The notes under the pieces are model-generated. The model did not search any database. It saw nothing but the letters and a program-made list of their open reading frames with translations, and was not told the origin of the DNA. A stretch of 64,000 bases of DNA. It comes from Tubulanus polymorphus. Taxonomy: Eukaryota; Animalia; Nemertea. The position numbers and the translations under genes were made by a program. Location of the stretch: contig NC_134027.1 in assembly GCF_964204645.1 (NCBI RefSeq), forward strand, positions 22,096,560 through 22,160,559. Direction: 5' to 3'. This document shows positions 1-12,110 of the stretch, in pieces (position 1 is the stretch's first letter; the number at the start of each line of letters is the position of its first letter).

Positions 1-20
1 TCAAAATCATTCATCAAGGT

Positions 21-1055
21 TCAGGTTAGAGTTTTGCGACTGCACATGATTTTCACCGTCGACCGATATTGTTTGCTGGCGATCAGATAGATTACGCAAT
101 TGACCGCCGAATCGACCGGGGTCAAGTTGTCAAAAATGAAAAAAAGCATATTCATAACAAGGTGGTCTCCTTTGACGCAGCCAAAATAGTTGCAAACTCG
201 AGAAAAGAGGGTCGGCAATTCGCACACCAAATATATAGATGTCGTTATCAAAACTAGTTGCGTTGCTTTTGTTTTCGCGGCCGAACCGTCATTCGCAGTT
301 TTCGTGGCCATCGACTTTCGTAGCCAACTGGACCTAAATACCGACCACAACAGAACGATATTCGCGAACATGATGAAGGCCGCCGGGATGGATACAGTTA
401 GCAACATATATATCCAAGTGCTTATAAAATCTATCGACTGATCTTTCGAAAATTTTCCATAGCGCGGGTAGTCCGGCGGAGCGCCGCTGCATTTTAACAT
501 TTCGATTCTGGCGCCGAAGTAACGCGGGACGTAGATGACGGCCGAGACGAAGACAACGATCGCCGTGCCGATATAAATGCGTTTCTTGTCGATGCAGCGC
601 CGCGACCAGAACGGAAACAGCACGTGGAAACATCTGACGACCGCAGTGAGAACGATCATCCAATTGCGTATCATGACAGTCGACTTGTAGCTGGCGATTC
701 GAATCCAGTTCCACAGCGGGAAAACGGCGTAGTCCGACCATCGACGGAATAGTAAATCTTCGTAGAGCGCTCGATGTACCAGGTGACGGAACGGACCGTC
801 TAAAAACGTATTCGATAAGTAGATAATATCCGAAAGAGCCACGAGGATGAGAAGGCGAATGGCTTGCCCGCTTTCGGGCATTCTCCGAAAAACCAGTATG
901 CTGAATACGTTGAAGCATACGCCCGTAATACATACGGGTAGAATGAAGTAGATTTGCAAGTAATGCTTTCCCGGTTGGGCTTTTTGCAACGGGCAGACGT
1001 ACTCCTCAGTAGTAACAGTAACAGCAATAGTTATGGCAGTTAGGTTTCTGACCAT
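21..1055 (-). CDS. Intronless class A (rhodopsin) GPCR, FMRFamide-receptor/Srw-like, tandem copy 1 (344 aa)
   Basis: Seven hydrophobic segments; TM1 GVCFN, TM2 LVALSD, TM3 RNWMIVLTAVVRC (DRY position), TM6 CELP, TM7 DSAVNCVIY, basic helix 8 SKQYR. Confidence 0.9.
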   Translation of the reverse strand: MVRNLTAITIAVTVTTEEYVCPLQKAQPGKHYLQIYFILPVCITGVCFNVFSILVFRRMPESGQAIRLLILVALSDIIYLSNTFLDGPFRHLVHRALYEDLLFRRWSDYAVFPLWNWIRIASYKSTVMIRNWMIVLTAVVRCFHVLFPFWSRRCIDKKRIYIGTAIVVFVSAVIYVPRYFGARIEMLKCSGAPPDYPRYGKFSKDQSIDFISTWIYMLLTVSIPAAFIMFANIVLLWSVFRSSWLRKSMATKTANDGSAAKTKATQLVLITTSIYLVCELPTLFSRVCNYFGCVKGDHLVMNMLFFIFDNLTPVDSAVNCVIYLIASKQYRSTVKIMCSRKTLT

Positions 1056-1258
1056 ACTGAAGAACTTGTGATCATTGTTGCTGAATCCGAGGAGTGTACT
1101 GAAGAACTCGTGATTATTATCGCTGAATCCGAGGAGTGTACTGAAGAACTCGTGATTATTATCGCTGAATCCGAGGAGTGTACGGAAGAACTTGTGATTA
1201 TCATTGCTGAATCAGAGGAGTGTACTGAAGAACTCGTGATTATCATTGATGAATCCGC
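1056..1258. repeat. 42-bp tandem repeat (~5 copies) abutting the GPCR1 start codon
   Basis: Unit CTGAAGAACTCGTGATTATTATCGCTGAATCCGAGGAGTGTA repeated; explains the 14-aa periodic ORFs 1040-1246 and 1068-1271. Confidence 0.95.
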
Positions 1259-1611
1259 GACAATGATTTGAAAGAGTGACGTGGCAAGACACGAATTGTT
1301 TGATACGTTTTAGTGTCGCATCTCTGTAACCTCTATTCGCAGTTGTAGTCGCCCGCCTATGTAATAATTTGTAAACGTTGAGGATTGCTACACACGTATT
1401 TACCCCGAGGCGTTTCGTTGAAATATACTATATGCGAAAATTCCGAATTTTGATATAGCCTATTGCATCATCTACACATCTAGCCCAAAAACTCGAGTTT
1501 TCAGGCTTCGTAGTGGGCCTTGAAATCCTTGGATAGCCTTAGATTATCGAAAGGATATTCAAGGCCTTGAAATGCTGTGAATTCAGATCTTCTTAGGTCT
1601 TGAAAATGGAT

Positions 1612-1866
1612 TTGGTTACCGCGCTTCAATTTCCTCTACATCGATCGATTAAATTCGAGTCAACTTTTCCGATTAGTCGATCAATTTTTGGTGAGATCAA
1701 TACCATACACTGAGAGAGAGCGGATATCTTATATCTATTCGATGACTCGTTTGATAATTTGCGGATTTGGAAGCCTAAGAATAATGTTCAAATTTCATTA
1801 GAAATGAACTGATTTTCACTACGAATAACCCAGTGTTTTGTTGCGCCATCTGGTGTTGCCGGTATG
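1612..1866. repeat. Dispersed ~250-bp repeat family, probably a non-autonomous element; other copies at ~5928-6165 (+), ~30555-30840 (-) and ~47385-47845 (-, interrupted)
   Basis: Shared blocks GGTTACCGCGCTTCAATTT, GGAAGCCTAA.AATAATGTTCAAATTTCAT, TTTTCACTACGAA.AACCCAGTGTTTTGT..CGCCATCTGGT. Confidence 0.75.
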
Positions 1867-2286
1867 CCATTACTCGCGTCTTTTAGAGAATCTATCAGGG
1901 GTCAACATTTACCTCTCATTTTCTTCGGGACAGAGATGTGGATCCAGATTAAATGCCAAGAAAGTATTTGGCAATCTTTGGCAGTCGCTATAGTATGGCA
2001 CCCTGCATCTCTGGGAGATGCAAGGAGCACCAGATGCGACACTATAGCATTGATCGGAGGGGGGCATCCACGGATTTTCTGGGGCAATGATTACTGTTGT
2101 CTGTTGTTGGCGAAAAGAAAATATGAAAACACTGCTCAATTTATATCAAGGCTTAGTAATGATACGACATTCAGATGGGGTGCATATGTTACAACATGTA
2201 TTGGTCATTTATTCAGATCCCACAGAGGACTGGGTTTTACGGCTTGTAGTAGTCATCCGTCGAAATGATCGCCCCCCCCCCCCCCG

Positions 2287-2358
2287 AGGATTAGGTGTTA
2301 GTTTTGCGGCTGCACATGATTTTCTCTGTCGACCGATATTGTGGTTTGCTGACGATCC
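2287..2358 (-). pseudogene. Relic 3' end of an additional GPCR copy
   Basis: TTAGGTGTTAGTTTTGCGGCTGCACATGATTTTCTCTGTCGACCGATATTGTGGTTTGCTGACGATC aligns to the GPCR 3' ends at 21-85 and 3471-3535 (degenerate, with small indels). Confidence 0.7.
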
Positions 2359-3470
2359 GGTCAAATTTGGCCTGACCAAAAATGTCGGAACAAGCCCGAT
2401 CCAAATTTTAGCACAATACAAATGATTTCGCCTGAACAGTGTTTCTTGTTTTGCTGTACATGGCAATACAACCCAGAAAGAAGATTTCTGTTTTGTGATT
2501 TCTATAAAGATTCTTGAAGCCCTACGATCAGTTTAGAAAAAAAATTTGCATGTGCTATCTCAGTAAGAATGCGTCTTTTCAATTAAGAATATAAAAGTCT
2601 TGCAGGCATCCTCAGTTCTACACCAAACTACCATATTCTCTATGGAAATATTTCTTGGGTTGGGAACATTGATTTGTAGCTGGTTTGTTTAGTGAGAATA
2701 CGTGTGTTGTAGTAAATCATATGTATTAGCCTATAAGATATTAGTCAATACGTTTGTTTTTATGAGGCAAAATACACAGACCAGCACAATATAGAAATAG
2801 CAGAAGGAACTGGGAACTGGTAACTTTTGACTTTGTCGCTGAATTTTTGTAAGAAAATCATTTGGTCAGAGGTCAACATTTAAGCTACGTCTACATTAGC
2901 TCATTGAACTTGCGTTCAACGAAAACCCGCGTTCACAGCGAGTAGCTCTACACTTAACTCGGCCTCGGTTGTACGAATACACATCCGTAGTTCAAGTTCA
3001 AGGTCAATTGTGGAGCTTAAAAGCTGCATGGAACACTGATTTACCATCTTCATTCGAAAAAATGCCAAGTCGGATGCGGTGGTGGGTTTAATGCGGGGTA
3101 AACTCTTCTTTTTCGAGGAGCGTTTCTAAAATGTTTTATGTATAAAGTCTGCATTCTCAGGGTCTTAGAAGCAAGTGCAGCTAAGGCTGTACTTCTTGAT
3201 ATCATTTCCTTCTGGACAGAGCTATGGATCCATATGTATGCCAAGACATTATTTGGCAATTTTTGGCCATTAGTGGCAACAAAAGCTTTCCCAGCTATTG
3301 TACATAGGGCAACTTCCTTGTGAAGCAGTCAAGTCGTAAGCTGAATTCATGGAACGATTGATTGCTCGGTGCAATTGATATGTAACATCAGATATTTGTC
3401 GAGTATTAAAATCTAAACACAGGAATAGACTCGGGTTTGGACCAATCGCCCATCGAAATCATTCTAAGGT

Positions 3471-4508
3471 TCAGGTGACAGTTTTGCGACTGCACATGAT
3501 TTTCACCGTCGACCGATATTGTTTGCTGGCGATCAGATAGATTACGCAATTGACCGCCGAATCGACCGGGGTCAAGTTGTCAAAAATGAAAAAAAGCATA
3601 TTCATTACGTAGGGGTTTCCTTTGACGCAGCCAAAATAGTTGCAAACTCTAGAAAAGAGGGTCGGCAATTCGCACACCAAATATATAGATGTCGTTATCA
3701 AAACTAGCTGCGTCGCTTTTGTTTTCGTGGCTGAACCGTCATTTGCGGTTTTCGTGGCCATCGACTTTCGTAGCCAACTGGACCTAAATACCGAGCACAA
3801 CAGAACGATATTCGCGAACATGATGAAAACCGCCGGGATGGATACAGTTAGCAACATATATATCCAAGTGCTTATATAATCTATCGACCGATCTTTCGAA
3901 AATTTTGCATAGCGCGGGTAGTCCGGCGGAGCGCCGCTGCATTTTAACATTTCGATTCTGGCGCCGAAGTAACGCGGGACGTAGACGACGGCCGAGACGA
4001 AGACAACGATCGCCGTGCCGATATAAATGCGTTTCTTGTCGATGCAGCGCCGCGACCAGAACGGAAACAGCACGTGAAAACATCTGACGACCGCAGTGAG
4101 AACGATCATCCAATTGCGTATCGTGACCGTCGACTTGTAGCTGGCGATTCGAATCCAGTTCCACAGCGGGAAAACGGCGTAGTCCGACCATCGACGGAAT
4201 AGTAAATCTCCGTAGAGCGCTCGATGTACCAGGTGACGGAACGGACCGTCTAAAAACGTATTCGATAAGTAGATAATATCCGAAAGAGCCACGAGGATGA
4301 GAAGGCGAATGGCTTGCCCGCTTTCGGGCATTCTCCGAAAAACCAGTATGCTGAATACGTTGAAGCATACGCCCATAATACATACAGGTAGAATGAAGTA
4401 GATTTGCAAGTAATGCTTTCCCGGTTGGGCTTTTTGCAACGGGCAGAGGTACTCCTCGGTAATAACAGGAACAGCAGTGCTAGTTATGGCAGTTAGGTTT
4501 CTACCCAT
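3471..4508 (-). CDS. Intronless FMRFamide-receptor/Srw-like GPCR, tandem copy 2 (345 aa)
   Basis: Near-identical to 21-1055 at an offset of 3450 bp. ATG at 4508 (MGRNLTAIT) matches the copy-1 start; the ORF-track start at 4577 is not an ATG. Confidence 0.9.
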   Translation of the reverse strand: MGRNLTAITSTAVPVITEEYLCPLQKAQPGKHYLQIYFILPVCIMGVCFNVFSILVFRRMPESGQAIRLLILVALSDIIYLSNTFLDGPFRHLVHRALYGDLLFRRWSDYAVFPLWNWIRIASYKSTVTIRNWMIVLTAVVRCFHVLFPFWSRRCIDKKRIYIGTAIVVFVSAVVYVPRYFGARIEMLKCSGAPPDYPRYAKFSKDRSIDYISTWIYMLLTVSIPAVFIMFANIVLLCSVFRSSWLRKSMATKTANDGSATKTKATQLVLITTSIYLVCELPTLFSRVCNYFGCVKGNPYVMNMLFFIFDNLTPVDSAVNCVIYLIASKQYRSTVKIMCSRKTVT

Positions 4509-6323
4509 ACTGAAGAACTTGTGATTATTATTGCTGAATCCGCGACAATGATTTGAAAGAGTGACGTGGCAAGACACGAATTGTTTGATACGTTTTAGTG
4601 TCGCATCTCCGTAACCTCTATTCGCAGTTGTAGTTGCGCGCCTATGTAATTTGTAAACGTTGAGGATTGCTACACACGTATTTACCCCGAGGCGTTTCGT
4701 TGAAATATACTATATGCAAAAATTTCCGAATTTTGATATAGCCTATTGCATCATCTACACATCTAGCTAGTGGGCCTTGAAATCCTTGAATAGCCTTAGA
4801 TTATCGAAAGGATATTCAAGGCCTTGAAACGCCTTGAATTCAGATCTTCTTTGGTCTTGAAAATTGATTTTTTGGGCCTTGAATTTTAAGACTGTCGTGA
4901 ATCTGTAAGTTCATAATCGTTTTTTTGCAATGATGATTTTTGCTTTTACTAAAGACCAAATTTTAGACATACAGTCACCAGTCATCACTACACAAAAATG
5001 GGATGATGAACGAAAATGTTTTTAAAGTTGTTTTGAAATAGAAGATACGATGTAGTGGGTGGGATTGTCCTAGTGATGATTTGTTTTGTAAATAGCAATT
5101 TCATCTACTAAAGCTAAAAGTTGTTGGTTTTGGTTATTTTTGAATGAATCGAGGATTTCCTGCCGTAAAAAGACTTTTCTTGAAAGACTCGAAAGCGCTT
5201 CTCAAATGGCCTTGAATATTGATTGTCCTCGAGGCTATGAACCCTGTTTTTCAGCAACATGACATTGAAGATGACCTAATAGCCGAGTAACGGGGTCAAA
5301 ATCCAAAAAGTTGTCTCGACAAAATTTAGCTATTGGCCCTAGATAAAAATATCCAAAATGCAATGGGAACTAACGCATGGTGATTTCGCAGTTCAAGCCT
5401 GAGCCCAAGAACAGTTGTCGCCTTTGGCTTGTTCTAAGAGAGTTAACAAAGAAATGATGATATTGCAAAAAAAGTAAGGTTTGATAGTTGAATAATTTTA
5501 CTTTCATGCTCTAAATACTGAAACGCCACATATCATAGCATGGTTTTATTAGGATCAAACTGTGCTGATCGTTATATAATGGTCCTGAGTGTAACTTCTG
5601 TTAGCTCTCGGTGCCAATGGATGTACACAGCTGATATTTTGTCATTAGGAGGGAAATAGGTGTTGGAATTGACGCGGCGAGGTTCCGTCCATCAGCTCTA
5701 AGCCACTTGGAAGTGCTGGGAGAAAATTTGCAAAATGTTATTGAATTTTTTCCATATTCTATTTATGCAACATCTCTTCATAAAAAATTACAACTTTTGA
5801 ATTTAACGTGTGAATTTCGATATCTACATCCAAACTATTGGGTGTGAATTTCTTCAATGGGATACCGGCAAGGCTACTGAGGGAAGCAAGGATTCAGTGA
5901 TAATCCGCCAGGATCGCTAGTTGTACTGGGTTACCGCGCTTCAATTTCTTCTATATCGATCGATTGAATTCAAGTCAACTTTAAATTAAATCAATTTTCG
6001 GTGAAATCAATACCATACACTGAGAGCGAAAGGAAATCTCATATCAATTCGATGACTCGTTTGATGATTTTCGGATTTGGAAGCCTAAAAATAATGTTCA
6101 AATTTCATCAAAAATGAACTGATTTTCACTACGAACAACCCAGTGTTTTGTCACGCCATCTGGTATCCCATTACTCGCGTCAAAACGCGAATTCGTACCC
6201 CCTATTGTCCCGCTGCTACATCCCCTCCACCCACCAACCCACCCCCGGAGTAACGAAGAGCCTGCGTTCTTTCACTGACGGAGATGGAATATTGTATGAT
6301 TTGCCATTGATGACTAATGTAAG

Positions 6324-6364
<41 letters not shown>

Positions 6365-6521
6365 CAGACAATGGGCATAATAAAAAACAAGATGAGCTTC
6401 TACAAAGCCCGACCGGAAAACCGCAAATTGGCCTAAATTGTAGAGGATATTTTGTACCCTACGATACCGTATGATAATGATACCGACAATACTTAACCGG
6501 CTTACACGTGAAAACTCAATC

Positions 6522-6556
<35 letters not shown>

Positions 6557-6905
6557 TATGGTTAGTTAGAATATATTATCAAAGTCTTGTCATTTATAGG
6601 TGTAAAATGTCACCTCTTTTTATATGAATCGTGGTTTACTTGAATTTCCCTTAATCATTAATTAGAAAATGAATTCCAGTGGCAATAAGGGTAATGTGTG
6701 AGTGGATGTCCATTCGGTCGTCGATTTAGGCTTTGCTAGACTGGTTTCTGGTAATTAGATGAAAAAATCAAATCGTCCATACATACTTGTCACTAAAATA
6801 TGGGTTAGCCAGTTATCATTGTTGACAATATTAAGTGTTATATGCGTTATTTTACGTGGCGTTGCTGAACTTTCGAGGTAATTTTTCTTGATGTCATTTG
6901 TTTAT

Positions 6906-7120
6906 TAGCCGCCATCACGCAAGCGTTTTTAACTCGGAGAAAAATTTGGCCCTACCAAAAAACATCGGAGCAGACGCGAGCCAAATTTTAGCATGGATCA
7001 AATCATTGGGCGTGAATTCTTTAGGATTTCGACATCGCTCTGCTTTGTTTGAGCATTGTCTAGTATGTAGTGAGTGGTTTACCGATCCGGACCAAATCAT
7101 ATCCGTGCGATCGCGGCTAT
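6906..7120. mobile_element. Non-autonomous DNA transposon (MITE) family; related copies at ~2358-2440, ~14260-14500, ~16790-17035, ~27690-27790 and ~49005-49290
   Basis: Imperfect terminal inverted ends TAGCCGC.ATC.C.C / G.G.GATCGCGGCTA; shared internal GCCAAATTT..GC.CG and GAGTGGTTT motifs. Confidence 0.6.
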
Positions 7121-7699
7121 AGTTATCAATCCTTGAGTAATCCAGAGCACGTGAACATGCCTAGGCGATGTTCCCTTCAATCTCGGAAATCACCACCAGT
7201 ATCAGTAAAACAAGTGGTAAAAGGGAAGTCAGCATGATAAAAAAAAACAATCGCGCTCGATTTCCTGTTGCTGCTTCCTTTTCAGACATCGTGTCGTTTA
7301 CTGATACCAGACACTGACTCATTCTAATATTCTATTTATACGCAGTTTTATAAAAAAATTGCTATTCATATACCATTGAATCAGTAATGAGGGTTCATTC
7401 GGTTTTAGTTTCATGTATCAATTGTTGAATAGTTTATCGATTTGAAATAAATCATCAATATCCGGTTCGTCTGTCTCTCTGCGCTTCCTCGTTTACTACC
7501 ATCCTGTTGCCTCCATGTTACACCCACCCTGTCCGGTGCTTAGAAATCCACTCCCACTCAATCTGCGAATTCGAATTGCTTCGATAACTTAGAAATTCTA
7601 GAACTTGTTCATTCTATGGTTGTTATTTCGATGCCAATTCCTGTGCGATTACCCCAATTCACCTCAATTCCTTTACTTTAATATTGATACCTTGATCAT

Positions 7700-8612
7700 T
7701 TTACCTCTACTGTTACCTCAATACCTGAATACCTATACCTCTACTATTACCTCAATACCTATACCTCTACCGTTGTTACCTCAGTACCTCTACTATTACC
7801 TCAGCATCTACACCTCTACTGTTACCTCAATATCTACACCACTATTGTTACCTCAATATCTACACCTCTACTGTTACCTCAGTACCTATACCTCTACTGT
7901 TACCTCAGTACCTATACCTATACTGTTACCTCAGTACCTACACCACTATTGTTACCTCAATATCTACACCTATACTGTTACCTCAGTACCTATATCTCTA
8001 TTGTTACCTCAGTACCTAAATCTCTACTGTTACCTCAGTATCTATACCTCTTCTGTTACCTCAATATCTACACCTCTATTGTTACCTCAGTACCTATATC
8101 TCTACTGTTACCTCAATATCTACACCTATACTGTTACCTCAATATCTACACCTATACTGTTACCTCAGTACCTATACCTCTTCTGTTACCTCAATATCTA
8201 TACCTATACTGTTACCTCAGTACCTATACCTCTTCTGTTACCTCAATATCTATACCTCTATTGTTACCTCAGTACCTATACCTATACTGTTACCTCAGTA
8301 CCTATATCTCTATTGTTACCTCAGTACCTAAATCTCTACTGTTACCTCAGTATCTATACCTCTTCTGTTACCTCAATATCTACACCTCTATTGTTACCTC
8401 AGTACCTATATCTCTACTGTTACCTCAATATCTACACCTATACTGTTACCTCAATATCTACACCTATACTGTTACCTCAGTACCTATATCTCTACTGTTA
8501 CCTCAGTACCTATATCTCTATTGTTACCTCAGTATCTATACCTCTTCTGTTACCTCAATATCTATACCTCTATTGTTACCTCAATATCTATACCTCTATT
8601 GCTACCTCAGTA
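7700..8612. repeat. 26-bp minisatellite with a 312-bp higher-order repeat
   Basis: Unit CTGTTACCTCAGTACCTATACCTCTA; rare variant AGTACCTAAATCTC recurs at 8011 and 8323. Confidence 0.95.
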
Positions 8613-9429
8613 TTTTTATATTACCTTGATACATATATATCTGTTGGCTTGATACCTAAACCTTTGTTTCCTCTGAACATACACCTCAACCATTACCTCA
8701 GTACTTTTATTTCTATATTTTGATACATAAACATCTATTATCGCACATAAACATCTATTGTCATCCCCCCCTCGATTCATTTTCCTCTGTTGGTAGGTTG
8801 ATAGCTATACTTCTTTCGACCTTGATGCCTTTACCTCTATCACACCTAGACACTTATACCTCTATCGTTGCCTTGATACCTCTTTCCTTTTTACTCAATA
8901 CATCGACCTCTATTACTCTAAGATTAGACTAAGAAATGAACTGTGTTTACACAACGTTCGATTGAGTAAAGAAATTTTTGATCCTTCGAACCTCCGGTAA
9001 ATCCCTCAACTTGTAAACAGTAAACGGTACTGGCATTCGGTTCTGATGAGTTTAGAGTAAATATTTGTATCATTTTTCCCACTTTCCTATAGGACCCGGT
9101 GGCATTTTTGTGTTAACTGTATTTCGCGCTTTACATTCACTACTTGTCACTAATGTACATATTGCGTATGATATAAGTCGACTGTGTATATAAAACCTCT
9201 GTTTGAGGATAAACACGTCCTATCGTTAACAATTGAGTAACAATTTATCTTATCGTAGATTTCTATGTATGTTGTCATGTCATACTTTTACATTTAGTTA
9301 TGTTACTATGGTCATTTTCATTCATAGTTAATGCAAGTATAGACAGATTTAGTGGACTGGGTGACGTGTTAATGACCTTAAATCTATGATTGGGGCTAAC
9401 TTTCCCCTTATATGGCATTACGTGACCTG

Positions 9430-10895
9430 ATTGATCGGGGTGCACCACCAACATATTAATGCAGGCATACCACTGATCTGGAACACACTGATCTAGGTGT
9501 ACCATGAAGATACTGATCCAGGTGTACCATGAACACACTGATCTAGGTGTACCATGAACACACTGATCTGGGTGCACCATCAACACACTGATCTGGGTGT
9601 ACCATCAACACACTGATCTGGGTGTACCATCAACTCACTGATCTGGGTGCACCATCAACACACTGAACTGGGTGCACCATCAACACACTGATCTGGGTGT
9701 ACCATCAACACACTGAACTGGGTGCACCATCAACACACTGATCTGGGTGTACCATGAACACACTGAACTGGGTGCACCATCAACACACTGATCTGGGTGC
9801 ACCATCAACACACTGATCTAGGTGTACCATGAACACACTGAACTGGGTGCATCATCAACACACTGATCTGGGTATACCATCAACACACTGAACTGGGTGC
9901 ACCATCAACACACTGATCTGGGTGTACCATGAACACACTGAACTGGGTGCACCATCAACACACTGATCTAGGTATACCATCAACACACTGATCTAGGTAT
10001 ACCATCAACACACTGATCTAGGTATACCATGAACACACTGATGTGGGTATACCATCAACACACTGATCTGGGTGTACCATCAACACACTGATCTGGGTGT
10101 ACCATGAACACACTGAACTGGGTACATCATCAACACACTGATCTAGGTATACCATCAACACACTGATCTAGGTATACCATCAACACACTGATCTAGGTAT
10201 ACCATGAACACACTGATGTGGGTATACCATCAACACACTGATCTGGGTGTACCATCAACTCACTGATCTGGGTGTACCATGAACACACTGAACTGGGTGT
10301 ACCATCAACACACTGATCTGGGTGTACCATGAACACACTGAACTGGGTGCATCATCAACACACTGATCTGGGTATACCATCAACACATTGAACTGGGTAT
10401 ACCATCAACACACTGATCTGGGTATACCATGAACACACTGATCTGGGTGTACCATCAACACACTGATCTGGGTGCACCATCAACACACTGATCTGGGTGT
10501 ACCATGAACACACTGAACTGGGTGCATCATCAACACACTGATCTGGGTACATCATCAACACACTGATCTGGGTGTACCATGAACACACTGATCTGGGTGT
10601 ACCATGAACACACTGATCTAGGTGTACCATCAACACACTGATCTGGGTGTACCATGAACACACTGATCTAGGTGTACCATGAACACACTGATCTGGGTGT
10701 ACCATGAACACACTGATCTGGGTGTACCATGAACACACTGATCTAGGTGTACCATGAACACACTGATCTGGGTGTACCATCAACACACTGATCTGGGTGC
10801 GCCATCAACACACTGATCTGGGTGCGCCATCAACACACTGATCTGGGTGCACCATCAACACACTGATCTAGGTATACCATCAACCCACTGATCCA
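9430..10895. repeat. 25-bp minisatellite (~57 copies)
   Basis: Unit AACACACTGATCTGGGTGTACCATC with point variants; no unique spacers. Confidence 0.97.
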
Positions 10896-11282
10896 GGAGC
10901 GGATCTAGACCATAGCTTCGTCATATTGGGAAATACGGTCAAGTGCCTTGTGCCTATCATTCAACATCACTGTCAATTGTAATATAATCTTCGTAAACCT
11001 ACCAAATACATACAATACAGAATTTAATCTACTTTCCATGCAAAAATTTCTACTTGGCATTTGGAATTACCGTTTTCAGAAAAAAAGATGTATTTGGTGA
11101 GACTTGATGGCAAAAAGTCAGCCAGTATTGTGTCATATCTGGCAGCTATCGTGCTACGCTCTCGATACAGCGCTCGACTGATCTGATTTCTATCTAGGGA
11201 ATATAATTAAACGAATCAAATTTTTCTTTCCCGAGCTAATTTTCTTCCAAGATCTCGCCGGAAACTGATATGACCCGCGTTA

Positions 11283-11441
11283 AGCCTAGCGCACACGGGC
11301 GACGTTTTGCGTGCAATTCGCGAGCAACCGCCCGATTTGCTCGGTGTCAAAAGGATTTATTTGCTCCTCGTCACCCGAGTGATAGCACACGGGAGACGCC
11401 AAGCGATCGATCGCTCGACGGTTGTGTATGTGCGCCAGGCT
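11283..11441. mobile_element. PIF/Harbinger-like MITE (159 bp)
   Basis: TIRs AGCCTAGCGCACA / TGTGCGCCAGGCT with TTA on both flanks (11280-82 and 11442-44). Confidence 0.7.
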
Positions 11442-11624
11442 TTAGAGGTTTTGGCCTCGCCGAATTGGTCCAACAAACATTAGCTAATGTTTAATGATAG
11501 GAAAGCAATTACGCGCATATAGCGCAGCGGGGTATATACAGTAAGAGCGGGCTATTAACTGGTTTAAAAACTGGGCTAACCAAAGTTGTCGCAATTATCA
11601 AATAGCTGTATACGTTAATAGTTG

Positions 11625-12110
11625 ACGCATGTTTTGATATAAGATTTGCCGGCTGATGTATCGTTGAAATAGTCAACCAATGCTGCAATACACTGTACAG
11701 ATAAAGATAATTACGAAAATCTGACATTCTTTGACATTGAAGTGTGTTTTGATATAAGATATGCCGGTTATTGTATCATTAGAATAGTCAACTGATGCTG
11801 CAATACACTGTACGCTATAAAAACTGGATAAAGATAATTACGAAAATCTGACATTCTTTGACATTGAAGTGTGTTTTGATATAAGATATGCTGGCTATTG
11901 TATCATTAGAATAGTCAACCAATGCTGCAATACATTGTACGCCATAAAAACTGGAAAAAGATAATTACGAAAACTGACATTCTTCGACATTGTCGCATGT
12001 TTTGGTATTAGAATTGCTGACTATTGTATCATAAGAACAGTTAAGCAATGCTGCAATACAATGTACAGTTTAAAAACTGAAAAAAAACCAGCATGAAAAA
12101 CTGACATTAC
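11625..12110. repeat. Degenerate ~115-128-bp tandem repeat (~4 copies)
   Basis: Recurring GTTTTGATATAAGAT...ATGCTGCAATACACTGTAC...GATAATTACGAAAATCTGACATTC. Confidence 0.9.

Noticed and set aside
334-933. 199-aa alternative-frame ORF overlapping both GPCR copies (also 3784-4383)
   Set aside because: Its conservation is explained by the recent duplication and CG-rich codon usage; no recognisable protein features.
4509-4577. 23-aa N-terminal extension of GPCR copy 2 in the ORF track
   Set aside because: It starts at a non-ATG codon; the paralog supports the ATG at 4508.
7605-8723. 372-aa and 226-aa ORFs
   Set aside because: Translations of the 26-bp minisatellite; no domain or splice evidence.
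9430-10895. Regular 25-bp repeats resembling a CRISPR array
   Set aside because: Head-to-tail units with no unique spacers, no cas genes and a eukaryotic context; it is a minisatellite.
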